Below are positions 27,021-36,555 of a DNA stretch of 64,000 bases, piece by piece. The notes beneath the pieces are model-generated. The model was not told the DNA's origin. It was given only the letters and a program-made list of their open reading frames with translations, and searched no databases. The DNA is taken from sequence record ON529860.1; one strand, 5' to 3'. The position numbers and the translations under genes were made by a program. The stretch's first letter is position 1; each line of letters opens with the position of its first letter.

Positions 27021-27046
27021 AAAAAGGCCGGTGCAGCGCACCGACC
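27021..27046 (-). terminator. intrinsic terminator after terL
   Basis: GGTCGGTGC-GCT-GCACCGGCC followed by TTTTT on minus strand. Confidence 0.8.
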
Positions 27047-27075
27047 CCTTTCGAGTCAGATTGTGGAGAGGCTGA

Positions 27076-29799
27076 TCAGCCGAACGAGCCGATCTTGCGG
27101 GAGCCGAAGCGGGTCCGGGACCCCTTCATCCACTGGAGGGCCTGGGTCATGGCGTCCACCTGGTCGTCGTGTGCGCCTTCGGGGAACTGCCCGACTTCCT
27201 TGGTGAAGGCGTCCATCCATTCGGCCTTCTTGGGCAGGAAGACGTCGCCGGCCGTGATCAGCGGACTGACCTCGTCGAAGCGGAATTCCTTGGACTGGCC
27301 CTTGGGGTCGATGCCGACGATGGGGGCCGGCGCCAGGCGGCGGTGACTGGTCGTCTGCCCCCGGTTCTGGATGTAGGCGGTGCCCTGGCCCTTGTCTTCG
27401 ACCAGGATCACATCGACGCCGTCCTTGACCGCCTGCTGTTCGATCATCTCGATCATGGCGTCGAACTCGACCTTCTTGCGGGTCTGGCGCAGCAGGTAAT
27501 ACTGCCGGTCGTTGGTCTCGCCCCAGGTCTGCACGACCGTGTAGTCGGCCCGCTGATTGACCTTGGCGGCGCAGTCGACCGACAGGACGATGCGGCGGAA
27601 GTGGGCGCGCTTGTTCGGGATCGCCTTGCCGTGCTCGTCGACATGGCCCTCGGCGCGCTGCTTCTTCAGCGCCTCCTCGGTCAGGTGCGGGGGCCGCTCG
27701 TAATACTGGAAGCGGCCGGCGATCGAGTCGTCGGAGGTCGCGGTGGCGTTCTGCTGGTAGACCAGGGCGAAACGCTGGTAGGACCATTCGGTCTTCTTCG
27801 TCTTGAAGAAGGACAGATCGTAGTAGTCCCACAGGACGTCGCCCAGCTTGCGCCCGAGCACGTCGGTGTCCTCGTCGATGCACAGCGCCGGCGCCTCGAC
27901 CTGGGTCCACTGGGCGTAGGCCGGCAGGCGCGGGTTCATCTCCATCAGGTGGCCCGTCAGGTCGTGCTCGTGGAAGCGCGTCATGATCAGGAACATCTTG
28001 CCGAAGGGCAGCATCCGCGAACCGATGTCGCCGACGAACCAGGTGTTGACCTTCTCGCGGGCGGCGGCGGATTCCGCCTCCTCGATCTTGGCGTAGGGGT
28101 CATCGACGCAGGCGAAGTTGGCGCGGAAACCGTGGACGGCCTGCCCGGTGCCCTTGGCGACATACTGTCCGCCGTAGCCGGCGATGGCCCACTGGTCGGC
28201 GGCGCGGGTGGCGTAGTCGACCACCACCTCGGGGAAGACCCGACGGAACTCCTGACCGCCGACCAGGGAGCGAATCTTCTTGGAGAACTCGTTCTCGACG
28301 AAGCGCTGGCTGTGGCCGCCGCCGATGATCTTCAGCTTGGGATTGCGGCCCAGACGCCAGGCGACGAACAGGCGCGAGGCGTAGGTCGAGTTGTGCACCA
28401 CGACGCCGTCGGCGGTGAAGGTGTGGTCGCCGAACACGGTCAGGCAGCGGCACTCGCCGGAGCCGGCCGCCTCGACCATCAGCACCTTGTCCGTCACCTT
28501 CGAGCCGTAGGGCAGACGCTTGGCGACGAAGTCCGGTTCGTGGCGGCCGTGGAAGCTGATGCCGGAATCGAGCAGGCGTTCGATCGCCGGACCCTTGACG
28601 ATGAGCGCGGCGCGACGGTTCGGCTGCGGGTGATCGACCACGGCGTCGACGTCGTAGCGCGCCAGCAGCTTTTGCAGGTCCTGGGCGAAGCCGACCGACT
28701 TGATCCAAGCGATCAACGTGGCCTGGCTATACTTCTTCGGCGTCTCGCCGCGCAGGCGGAAGTAGGTCGTCAGGAAGTGCTTGATCTTCTCGTCGTCGCC
28801 CCGGAACACGAACTCGGGCACGCGGCGTTCGCCGGCGCGCTTGGTCATACCGAGTAGTTCCTGGTAGGGCCGGGTCGTCTTCGAGCGCAGACGGATCAGG
28901 TGGCGCTTGTTCGCCGGGACCCAGCGGCGGGCGTAGCGGATGCCCAGAGCGTCCAGCACGCCTTCAGCCTCCTCGACATGGGCCAGGGAGGAGAACCACA
29001 TCTGGAGGTTCTGGTAGGGCGTGCCGTTCGGGGCCGTCGCGTCGGTGAAGGAGCCGAAGGCGGCGACGAAGGCCGCCAGCGCGAAGACATCCTTGGTATG
29101 ACCGGAGGTGTCCTCGGGTTTTTCCGGGGTATGGCTGGTCATACCGACCACGCTCAGGTTCATGCGCGGGCGCAGGTTCTGGGCTTCGATCCAGTCGCCG
29201 TCGACCAGGAAGGGATGGTCCGGGGCCGACAGGATCGTGCGACCCTTTTCGGTCGTGATCTTCAGCAGCGGCAGTTCGCCCTGGACGTGAACCGCCTCGA
29301 CCTTGCGGCGGCGGCCGGCGTGGGTGACGACCTCCTCGCCGACTTCGATGTCGCCCAGGGCCTTGTAGGCGCCCGACCCCATCAGGACCGGGGTGGAGAC
29401 GTGCAGCGGCTTGGCGTGGCCGGGCGGGCAGTTCAGGATGAAGCGATCCAGTTCGGGATCGTTCTCGATCTTCTGGAGCAGTTCGGTCAGGTAGATGTGC
29501 CACTTCGATTCCGGCGGCTCATCGGGCGAGACGTATTCGCAGAAGGCGTTGAAGTCGTCGCGGGCCAGCGGCAGCAGCCGCTCCAGGTGACGCTTTTGCA
29601 GTTCGTCGCTCAGCCCCATCAGGGCGTCGATCTGCTGGTTGGTCTCGTGCACCCCGGTGATCTTGATGATCCCCTGGCGGGTGTTGTCGGGCAGGATCAG
29701 GCCGCGTTCCGCCGAACGCTTGGCTTCGGCCGCGAGGCTCTGGAGTTGGTTGACGGCCTGGCGCGCTTTGATGCGGTCGGCGATGATGTAGTCGGACAT
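27076..29799 (-). CDS. terL: terminase large subunit with intein (907-aa precursor)
   Basis: Walker A NCPPGHAK|STY split by intein, Walker B-like CVDDP, nuclease motifs SVDCA and HDDQVDAMTQAL. Confidence 0.93.
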   Translation of the reverse strand: MSDYIIADRIKARQAVNQLQSLAAEAKRSAERGLILPDNTRQGIIKITGVHETNQQIDALMGLSDELQKRHLERLLPLARDDFNAFCEYVSPDEPPESKWHIYLTELLQKIENDPELDRFILNCPPGHAKPLHVSTPVLMGSGAYKALGDIEVGEEVVTHAGRRRKVEAVHVQGELPLLKITTEKGRTILSAPDHPFLVDGDWIEAQNLRPRMNLSVVGMTSHTPEKPEDTSGHTKDVFALAAFVAAFGSFTDATAPNGTPYQNLQMWFSSLAHVEEAEGVLDALGIRYARRWVPANKRHLIRLRSKTTRPYQELLGMTKRAGERRVPEFVFRGDDEKIKHFLTTYFRLRGETPKKYSQATLIAWIKSVGFAQDLQKLLARYDVDAVVDHPQPNRRAALIVKGPAIERLLDSGISFHGRHEPDFVAKRLPYGSKVTDKVLMVEAAGSGECRCLTVFGDHTFTADGVVVHNSTYASRLFVAWRLGRNPKLKIIGGGHSQRFVENEFSKKIRSLVGGQEFRRVFPEVVVDYATRAADQWAIAGYGGQYVAKGTGQAVHGFRANFACVDDPYAKIEEAESAAAREKVNTWFVGDIGSRMLPFGKMFLIMTRFHEHDLTGHLMEMNPRLPAYAQWTQVEAPALCIDEDTDVLGRKLGDVLWDYYDLSFFKTKKTEWSYQRFALVYQQNATATSDDSIAGRFQYYERPPHLTEEALKKQRAEGHVDEHGKAIPNKRAHFRRIVLSVDCAAKVNQRADYTVVQTWGETNDRQYYLLRQTRKKVEFDAMIEMIEQQAVKDGVDVILVEDKGQGTAYIQNRGQTTSHRRLAPAPIVGIDPKGQSKEFRFDEVSPLITAGDVFLPKKAEWMDAFTKEVGQFPEGAHDDQVDAMTQALQWMKGSRTRFGSRKIGSFG
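28390..29409 (-). mobile_element. intein (340 aa), Pro1 class-3-like, degenerate LAGLIDADG domain
   Basis: Starts PLHVSTPV; block B DHPF..W; block F CRCLTV; ends VVHN followed by Ser; in-frame in Walker A. Confidence 0.88.
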
Positions 29800-29803
29800 G
29801 CTG

Positions 29804-30040
29804 TCAGTGGGTCTCGTGAGTGTCGAGCGCAACGGCCGCCAGCAGGTCGTCGACATGGTAGATGAGGTCCGCATCGCCGAGATGGCGCGTCAGGTGACGA
29901 ATGGTGCGGAGGGTGTTTTCAAGCCGCAGGATGCGGCGGCGAAGGCGCGAGGCGCGGAGCATCAGCCCCGCCACCCCGATCAGGTAGACCGCGCTCATCG
30001 TGAGCATGGCCCACAGGAAGATCGGCGGCAGTTCAGGCAT
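29804..30040 (-). CDS. small membrane protein, 78 aa
   Basis: N-terminal TM segment; coupled to terS stop. Confidence 0.7.
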   Translation of the reverse strand: MPELPPIFLWAMLTMSAVYLIGVAGLMLRASRLRRRILRLENTLRTIRHLTRHLGDADLIYHVDDLLAAVALDTHETH

Positions 30041-30729
30041 CAGGAGAAGTCCGGCTCATCGAAGGCTTCGAGCGGCTCCAGGGCGTCCAGCTTGCCCATC
30101 ACGTCGGCGGCGCGCGCGTCGTCCATCAGGGCGACGTCGGTCTCCGATCCGGTCGTCAGCTTGCGATCCTTGGGATCGATCCGCTCCTTCTTGACGTGGC
30201 CCTGGATCAACTCCATCGCCGTGTCGTGACCGAACTCACGGCTCAGTTCCGCCTCGGACTTCTCCGACTGCGGCAGGGCGCCGATGGCGTCGCCCAGAAC
30301 CGCATCCAGTTTGTCCAGGTCGAAGGATTGCGGCACGCTCGACCCGGTGTCGTCGCCCTGACCGCCCGAGAACATGCCCAGGTCCTTGCCGATCAGTTCC
30401 AGGGCCGCGTTGGATTCCTTGAACTGCCCGTCGGCGGCGGCGTTCTGCGCGTTCTCGGCCAGCTTCTGGATGACGAAGGCGCGGCTGACGCCGGTCATCT
30501 GTCCGACGACCTTGGCGGCCTCGACGGCGGCGAGCCGCTGGGCCTCGCGCTGGGCCTTCTGGTCCTCGTAAAGTTCTTCGATCCGGGCGATGACGTCCGG
30601 GTCGGTCTCCAGGTGCTGGGTGGAGGAGCCCGGCGCGTAACCGGCCGCCATGGCGGCCTTGGCGGCGTTCATTCCCTTGGCGCGGTGGCGCGCGTAGAGT
30701 TCGTTGCGTTCGTTGGCGAGTCTTGCCAC
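30040..30729 (-). CDS. terS: terminase small subunit
   Basis: N-terminal AAKAAMAAGY...L..DPDV..RIEEL pattern typical of TerS; position upstream of terL. Confidence 0.75.
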   Translation of the reverse strand: MARLANERNELYARHRAKGMNAAKAAMAAGYAPGSSTQHLETDPDVIARIEELYEDQKAQREAQRLAAVEAAKVVGQMTGVSRAFVIQKLAENAQNAAADGQFKESNAALELIGKDLGMFSGGQGDDTGSSVPQSFDLDKLDAVLGDAIGALPQSEKSEAELSREFGHDTAMELIQGHVKKERIDPKDRKLTTGSETDVALMDDARAADVMGKLDALEPLEAFDEPDFS

Positions 30730-30738
30730 TGTGGTTTA

Positions 30739-30990
30739 CTACTTCGAAAGGTCAGCCAGCATTCGGGTCAGCTTGCCAATACGGATGTTGATGTCGAGGA
30801 AGGCTTCGTAATAGAAGGTCGCCTTGTCGCGGTTCTCTTCGATCACTTCATCGGTCACATCCTGGAACACCAGGGACACGACCGAAGACTGGAATGAGGT
30901 GAAGGCGTCGGCCGTCAGTTCAGCCCGATCCTGAAGCGCCTTGATCTCCTTGCGGAGCCGCTGGCGTTCGGAGCGGACCGCGTCAGGCAT
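30739..30990 (-). CDS. hypothetical protein, 83 aa
   Basis: Coupled ORF in packaging operon. Confidence 0.7.
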   Translation of the reverse strand: MPDAVRSERQRLRKEIKALQDRAELTADAFTSFQSSVVSLVFQDVTDEVIEENRDKATFYYEAFLDINIRIGKLTRMLADLSK

Positions 30991-31477
30991 CGGCCCCGAC
31001 CTCGACTTCGCCGGCGTCGACAAAATCGACGTCGACGTTGACGCGGATGCCCTGGGCGCCCAGGGCCGAGAGCACCTCGGACAGGTTGACGGTCGAACCG
31101 TCCTCATCGTCGTCGTCATCGGCCTCGGGCGGGACGTGGTCGACGCCGGCGCCGATGTCGGAGATCGACAGCATGTCCTCGGGGATGATCGCCTCGACCT
31201 CTTCGGGCTCCTGGTTCTCCCACACCTTGTGGAAGCCCATCGGCACCTTGATCGGGATGCGCACGCGCACCAGCATCATGCCGCGATGGTCGAGCACGCC
31301 GACCGGGGTGATGATCGGTTCGCGCGGATCGTCGACCAGGTGATCGGCGGTCCAGGAGATCGAGCCGTCGTCGGACGGGATCGGTCCGGCCGTCTGGCGC
31401 TCGGCCAGGTAGCGCCGCAGCGGCTTGCCCGAGAACTCACGCAGGGCGGCGCGGATGGTGGTGGTGTAATCGGTCAC
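30983..31477 (-). CDS. hypothetical acidic protein, 164 aa (GTG start)
   Basis: GTGA overlap with upstream stop. Confidence 0.7.
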   Translation of the reverse strand: MTDYTTTIRAALREFSGKPLRRYLAERQTAGPIPSDDGSISWTADHLVDDPREPIITPVGVLDHRGMMLVRVRIPIKVPMGFHKVWENQEPEEVEAIIPEDMLSISDIGAGVDHVPPEADDDDDEDGSTVNLSEVLSALGAQGIRVNVDVDFVDAGEVEVGADA

Positions 31478-31986
31478 AGGCTCGGGAACTCTGCCAGGGT
31501 GAGGGGTTGCGGCGGCGCGGTCCGCAGAACTTGCAGCACGGCGTAGAAGGCGATCATCGCTGCTTCGGCCCGGCCGTCGTCCTTGACGCGGGAGAACAGA
31601 TCGTAGGCGCAGGGGAAGACCTGCATGGCGCGGCGGCGCGCTTCGTTCTTGTCCTTGGGCGTCTTGGTCAGGGTCTTCCACTCCTGCGGACGCACCTTGG
31701 TCAGCATCGCCCGGCTGGCGGACGCGCCTTCCAGGATGCCGAGGTTGCGGCCGAAGTTGAACGCCGAGACGACGCCCATCTGCGGGCTGGACCAGACGTC
31801 TTCGATGTAGACGTGATCGGGCGCGGTCGCGTCGAACAGGCGCGCGACGCCGGCCGGAGACACCGCCTCCTTGCCGCCCTTGCCCGGCTCCTTGGGCATG
31901 TCGGTGATGGCGACGGTCCAGACCTCGGTGTCGATCAGGGCCAAGGCCCCGTTCTTGCCGGGGTCAATTCCGATAATGCGGCTCAT
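31474..31986 (-). CDS. RuvC-like Holliday junction resolvase
   Basis: IGIDPG, YIEDV, SAFNFG, V.PQEWK, DDGRAEA motifs. Confidence 0.9.
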   Translation of the reverse strand: MSRIIGIDPGKNGALALIDTEVWTVAITDMPKEPGKGGKEAVSPAGVARLFDATAPDHVYIEDVWSSPQMGVVSAFNFGRNLGILEGASASRAMLTKVRPQEWKTLTKTPKDKNEARRRAMQVFPCAYDLFSRVKDDGRAEAAMIAFYAVLQVLRTAPPQPLTLAEFPSL

Positions 31987-32336
31987 GCGTCGTTCAGCAG
32001 TTCAGGGTGGGCGGCCGCCATGCGGTCGGCGGCGCGGCGGATGATCTCCATCGCGTTGGAGTCGTCGGCGGCCTGGGCGGCGAAGGGCGGCGCGTCGCGC
32101 AGATGCGGCCCCAGGGCGAAATCGCCGCGTCGGACCTGGCTTTGCTTGATCATCTGCCAGGCGAGGTCTTCCGCGTAGCGGTGGATGGTCTCGTGGAAGA
32201 CCGTCAGGTCGTCCTGGCGCAGGCTCGACAGATCGACGCCGTCGGGCATCTCGACCGCCACGGTGAAGCCGCGATCATGCGTGGCGATGGTGTAGTGGCT
32301 GCCGGGCGTCGAGCAGGGCGTCTTCAGGCGGCTCAC
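31983..32336 (-). CDS. hypothetical protein, 117 aa
   Basis: Coupled ORF, GTG start. Confidence 0.65.
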   Translation of the reverse strand: MSRLKTPCSTPGSHYTIATHDRGFTVAVEMPDGVDLSSLRQDDLTVFHETIHRYAEDLAWQMIKQSQVRRGDFALGPHLRDAPPFAAQAADDSNAMEIIRRAADRMAAAHPELLNDA

Positions 32337-32467
32337 AGGCTTTCCGCCTTTTCTTCGAGCGCCGCCAGCGCGGCTTCCAGGGCGGCGATCTCGACGCGGT
32401 TCATGTGTTGCTCCGCCAAGGCCTGTCGCCAGATGCGCAGCACGCGGATGGCGTTGGCGGGGGTCAT
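32333..32467 (-). CDS. hypothetical protein, 44 aa
   Basis: Overlaps both neighbours by 4 nt. Confidence 0.55.
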   Translation of the reverse strand: MTPANAIRVLRIWRQALAEQHMNRVEIAALEAALAALEEKAESL

Positions 32468-32682
32468 GAGGGGCGGAATCCCTGCTCGGCGAACTTGCGC
32501 TCGACAATGGCGTGCAGGTTCGCCGCCACGGCGCGACTGCGTGCATCAGCGAGGTTCAGCAGGTCGTAGGCGGTGCGCAGCGCAAACGCGGCGTCAACCA
32601 CGACAGCGACCTGCGCCGGGGTCAGGGTGGCGTCGGCCGCCATGGCGTCGACCCGAACCATGAGACGGTCAAAGGCGGTCAA
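32464..32682 (-). CDS. hypothetical protein, 72 aa
   Basis: Coupled ORF. Confidence 0.65.
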   Translation of the reverse strand: MTAFDRLMVRVDAMAADATLTPAQVAVVVDAAFALRTAYDLLNLADARSRAVAANLHAIVERKFAEQGFRPS

Positions 32683-32903
32683 GCGAAATCCTGCCCGAAA
32701 CGCAACGACAGTCGATCGCTCTCGGCGTTGTCGTCCTGGCGCTGCTGCATGCGCAGGAACGACGCCTCGAAGGCGAGGCGCTGCATCTCGGCCAGATAGT
32801 CGCGCAGCACCTGGGCGTCAGGCGAACCGGCGGCCTCCAGCGTCTCGACGTGTTGTTCGATCAGGGTCCGGCCGGCGGAACGGATGGCGGCGCTGTCGGT
32901 CAC
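32679..32903 (-). CDS. hypothetical protein, 74 aa
   Basis: Coupled ORF with RBS. Confidence 0.65.
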   Translation of the reverse strand: MTDSAAIRSAGRTLIEQHVETLEAAGSPDAQVLRDYLAEMQRLAFEASFLRMQQRQDDNAESDRLSLRFGQDFA

Positions 32904-33061
32904 CAGGCGCTCTCCTCGGCGCGGACCTTGTGCGCGATTTCGGCGTAGTCGTCCGTGGGGTCGTAGTCGGAATCGAACTCATCGAAGGCGCGGTGCAGGA
33001 CGCGTTGCGGCGGCGGGGTCTGCGGGGCCGGCGCGCGGCGGTTAACCTTAACGTCGGTCAC
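32900..33061 (-). CDS. hypothetical protein, 53 aa
   Basis: GTGA coupling, AAGGGA RBS. Confidence 0.6.
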   Translation of the reverse strand: MTDVKVNRRAPAPQTPPPQRVLHRAFDEFDSDYDPTDDYAEIAHKVRAEESAW

Positions 33062-33663
33062 GCGGCGGTTCCCTTGCGGTCGGGCAGGGTCGAGACGCCG
33101 TGTTCGTCGGTGGTGATGTTGGAGACGACGCGTTCGGCCAGCACGCGGCGCGGTTCGCCCGCCTTGACCAGGCCCTCGAAGCCCTGCACCAGGGCCGAGG
33201 CGTAGCAGTTGTCCACCGCCACGATGGTGCCCGAGCGCAGCTTGTCGTTGTGATCCGCCCAGACGATCTGCTGGTTCGATTTCCCAGGGAAACGGAAGCC
33301 GGTGCGCATGGCCCATTCGGAGGTCTCGATCCGCAGCGAGAAGGCGAGGCTCTCGGTGACGTCGCGCAGCAGCAGGGCCAGGCCCATGTCGGCGGGCCAG
33401 GAGAACTCGTTCTTCAGAACGACCGCCATCCGAAACCCGTCCGCGCCGGCGGCGCGCAGGGCGGTGGTGACCGCCTTGGCGACTTCGGCGTCATCCAGCG
33501 CAGGGATGCGCGGCTTCAGCCAGGCCTGGAAACCGTCGAGGTGGCGATCGACCGCGCGAGCGATGACGCGATCGGAAAGAGGATCGGGACGGCCGTCGCC
33601 CTGGGGCGGCGTGCGCAAGAAACCGTGAGCCATGAGGCGGAGAACTCGGCAGACCCCGGACAT
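33058..33663 (-). CDS. hypothetical protein, about 190-200 aa (start uncertain)
   Basis: First gene of packaging operon; TTGACA upstream near 33710. Confidence 0.75.
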   Translation of the reverse strand: MSGVCRVLRLMAHGFLRTPPQGDGRPDPLSDRVIARAVDRHLDGFQAWLKPRIPALDDAEVAKAVTTALRAAGADGFRMAVVLKNEFSWPADMGLALLLRDVTESLAFSLRIETSEWAMRTGFRFPGKSNQQIVWADHNDKLRSGTIVAVDNCYASALVQGFEGLVKAGEPRRVLAERVVSNITTDEHGVSTLPDRKGTAA

Positions 33664-33849
33664 GAGGTCTGTTACGAGGCCGATTTCTTACATAAAATCC
33701 GCCATCTGTCAAGATTTACGGCAGACGGAGTCAGCCTTACTGACAATCGAGGGCGGCCGCAAGCCTTTTCCGCCAGGGCCGCCCAACGATCGGCGAGACC
33801 ACCGCGAAGGCGGCGGAAGAGGGTGGAAAGGCGGCGGGGAGGTAATTCT

Positions 33850-34275
33850 GAATTGTTGGCCTCAAGAGAGCAATTACCCTATCTCCTTACCCCCCATACT
33901 GCGAGTTTGGGATATTATAAATGAAAGATAAAGGAAGAGGGCAAGGCCGCCCCGAGGTCATCATTAAATGTCATTAAACGTATCCCAAAATGGTAATAGA
34001 GAGTATAGGGGTGGTGCCCGGTGCCTCAGACGCTTTGTGTGCACTTCCATTAAAAATAGCCCATAACGGCAATAGAGAGTATAGGGTGCCCCGGCCTCGT
34101 GGGTCGGACTTCCGTTATCTTCCTTTAAGCATATCCCATAATGGCGTTGGTGGTGGTGTGGGCTCTGGTCTGCACCTCATTTCCATAACCTTCCATGGCG
34201 GATAACCCAACAATCCCTCCACTCTGTCACTCGGTGGTGTTGTTTTAATCTCCATTAAACATAACCCAACATTTC
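33850..34275. repeat. AT-rich region with five imperfect CCATTAAA-N-TA(T/A)CCCA repeats and duplicated AATAGAGAGTATAGGG
   Basis: Units near 33971,34047,34122,34193,34252; 16-bp duplicate at 33995 and 34071. Confidence 0.75.
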
Positions 34276-34351
34276 AATGGGTGTGGCGGCGCACAGCAAA
34301 AAGCCCCAGGCGGTGAACCTGGGGCTCTGCTCTAACCACCGCCTGGGCGGT

Positions 34352-35602
34352 CTAAGTCATGCGCGCTTCTCGGTAGGCTTCGATCTCCGACATGCGCATC
34401 GCGTCGGGCGTCTCCCGGTTCGGCCGCAACTTCTCACCACGGAAATCGAGCATCATGACGCCCCGGCTCGCCATCACCGGGTCAATCCCCAGTTCGCGCG
34501 CCAGTGTCTCATAGAAGCTGACCGGCGCCCAGCAGTGGATGTTGATGCCGCAGCCGATCTCCGGGCTCTCGAACCGGTCCAGCAGGTCCAGCAGCAACGA
34601 CAGGCCTTCACGGCTGTTTCGGCGGTCCTCCCGGAAGTCCGCCACCTGGTCGGCCGTCGCGCCCTGCTCCAGCATGGCGTCGACCTTGGCCTGGGTCTCG
34701 CCGGCGAACCAGTCGTGGGTCTCGCGCTTGATCGCCTTGTGCTGCATCAGCGCGTAGAGCGCGGCGGCGATCTTCGGCTTGCGCACGAAGTCCTCGCGCT
34801 TGATCCCCATGGAGCGCCGCGCGGCGTTGTAGACCGACCCCACCTGGACGAAGAAGTCGTCGCGCGCCGCCGCCTGCTTCTTCTCGCTGCCGCCCAGTTC
34901 GGCGATGGTCATCTTGATCATCAGCCCGCCGAAATAGCCCCGCAGGGTCATCTGGTTCAGTTCGTCCTGGGGCAGGTTGTAGAGGCCGATGCGCAGCAGG
35001 TCCTGGCGGATCACTTCGCTCTCGCGCAGCAGCTTCTTGATCTGGGCGTAGCCGGTGGTGTCGCGCGGGTCGTAGGCGGTGCGCAGCGCATTATCCTCGG
35101 CGGTGTCGGTGCCGTAGCGCCGCCGCGTCGCCTGCTTGCGCACCTGGGTGAAGTCTTCGCCGGCCGGGCGCAGGCCGTGGTCGTCCATGATCTCGGCGAA
35201 GGTGGCGAAACCACCGCGCTTGCGGATCGAGTCCAGGATCGACTGCTCGATCTGATCTGAGGTCCCCACACCCTTACGGCTGAAACCACCGCTGACGGTG
35301 TAAGTGCCGCGCTGCCCCTCGACGCGATTAAGCACGCCGGACTTCCACATGTTGATCAGGGTCTGCGACACCACCTTACGCCCGGCCGGCGTATCCCATT
35401 CCTCGCCCAGGAACGGCAGCACGTCGAGCGCGCCACCGCCTGCTTCCATACGGCTCAAGGCGTCCGCGATCGCTCGTTTGAAGTTGTTCTGGGTCGCAGG
35501 CTTGCCGTGGAGGGTCTTTTCGAGGTTGTCGGAGCCGGTGGTGCGCATGTAAAAGCCTCTATGAGAAGCCTGCATGTTAATCCCACTGACATTCACTGTC
35601 AA
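34352..35602 (-). CDS. hypothetical protein, up to 416 aa, possible winged-helix DNA-binding segments
   Basis: Long ORF; segment SQTLINMWKSGVLNRVEGQRGTYTV is wHTH-like; start uncertain. Confidence 0.7.
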   Translation of the reverse strand: MTVNVSGINMQASHRGFYMRTTGSDNLEKTLHGKPATQNNFKRAIADALSRMEAGGGALDVLPFLGEEWDTPAGRKVVSQTLINMWKSGVLNRVEGQRGTYTVSGGFSRKGVGTSDQIEQSILDSIRKRGGFATFAEIMDDHGLRPAGEDFTQVRKQATRRRYGTDTAEDNALRTAYDPRDTTGYAQIKKLLRESEVIRQDLLRIGLYNLPQDELNQMTLRGYFGGLMIKMTIAELGGSEKKQAAARDDFFVQVGSVYNAARRSMGIKREDFVRKPKIAAALYALMQHKAIKRETHDWFAGETQAKVDAMLEQGATADQVADFREDRRNSREGLSLLLDLLDRFESPEIGCGINIHCWAPVSFYETLARELGIDPVMASRGVMMLDFRGEKLRPNRETPDAMRMSEIEAYREARMT

Positions 35603-35677
35603 GATTTTGGGATATAAATAATGTCAGTTAATGGAAAAATAGGCGCACGCCGGCAGGACCACCGCCCGAAACGACAT

Positions 35678-35730
35678 CACTCGTGCGCTTCGCGCCCTCG
35701 TGACTGGCTTCGCCAGCCCTCCTTCGGAAC
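35678..35730. repeat. 53-bp triple-hairpin dispersed element, copy 1
   Basis: Homologous to copies at 36503, 44784, 55075 with compensatory stem changes. Confidence 0.8.
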
Positions 35731-35757
35731 TCCCTGCGGTCGCTACTGCGTGAACCT

Positions 35758-36020
35758 GAATCGGTCGTGTCGGTCGAAACGGTCAAGGGTTGGTAGGGCT
35801 GAATCGGTTGTGTCGGTCAAGACGGTCAAGGGTTGGTAGGGCTGGATCGGTCAAGGGTTGGCAGGGCTGGATCGGTCAGGGGTTGGCACGGCTGGATCGG
35901 GCATAAGCGATCAAGGACGGGCATGGCTGGATCGGTCAAGGCCTGGCACTCGAACGTGTTCGAGCCGGCTGGATCGGACATCCTCGTTCAAGGCCTGGCA
36001 CTCGAACGTGGTCGAGCCGG
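35758..36020. repeat. tandem 25-bp units (CGGTCAAGGGTTGGYAGGGCTGGAT) plus 43-bp and about 52-bp duplications
   Basis: Units at 35780,35823,35848,35873; CAAGGCCTGGCACTCGAACGTG twice. Confidence 0.9.
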
Positions 36021-36502
36021 TTGGATCGTAGCCTCGCCCAGCAGCGTTTCAGCACCACCGTCTGGACGGCGTCACAGCACTCGGACCTCCACGACGGGGC
36101 GGCCGAACCGAGTCCAGGGCGACCGGAGGTTGGCTGGCGAAGCCAGTCACGACGGAACGCCGCAGGCGTTCAGGAGTGGAAGCGAGCGATGACATTAGGA
36201 TTTGTCACCGTGCCCTTACAATCTGTCTCTGTCATTTTCCACGGCGGTGGTTGACAGCACCACCGGCAGTCCGTAGACAACCTGGGCCGGGAGCGTTCTG
36301 CTCAGTCCGTGACCGGCTCTGGAAGAGAAGAGCGGCCGGCGCCTCCCGTACAGAGGATGCTGGTCGCTCCGATCTCACCCCTGGCAGGCTCGGACTTTCC
36401 TGAACTTTCCTGAAAACTATCCCAACATTCCGAAGGGTCCCGCAGGACCACCGCCGTGTTGCATGTGGGACCACCGTCCGCATCGCTGCGCCAGGGCGGC
36501 TT

Positions 36503-36555
36503 CACTCGTGGGCTTCGCCCCCTCGTGACCGGCTCCGCCGGCCGCACCTCCGGTC
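36503..36555. repeat. 53-bp triple-hairpin dispersed element, copy 2
   Basis: Alignment with the other three copies. Confidence 0.85.

Noticed and set aside
27169-28857. Long antisense ORFs (also 28900-29865, 49775-51427, 34277-35260, 42168-43079, 3188-4207)
   Set aside because: Shadow frames opposite well-supported genes, expected at high GC.
33992-34086. T7-like phage RNAP promoter (TAATAGAGAGTATAGGG)
   Set aside because: Three bases shorter than T7-type promoters, no specificity-loop match, and it points into the 3' end of an opposite-strand gene; kept only as a repeat.
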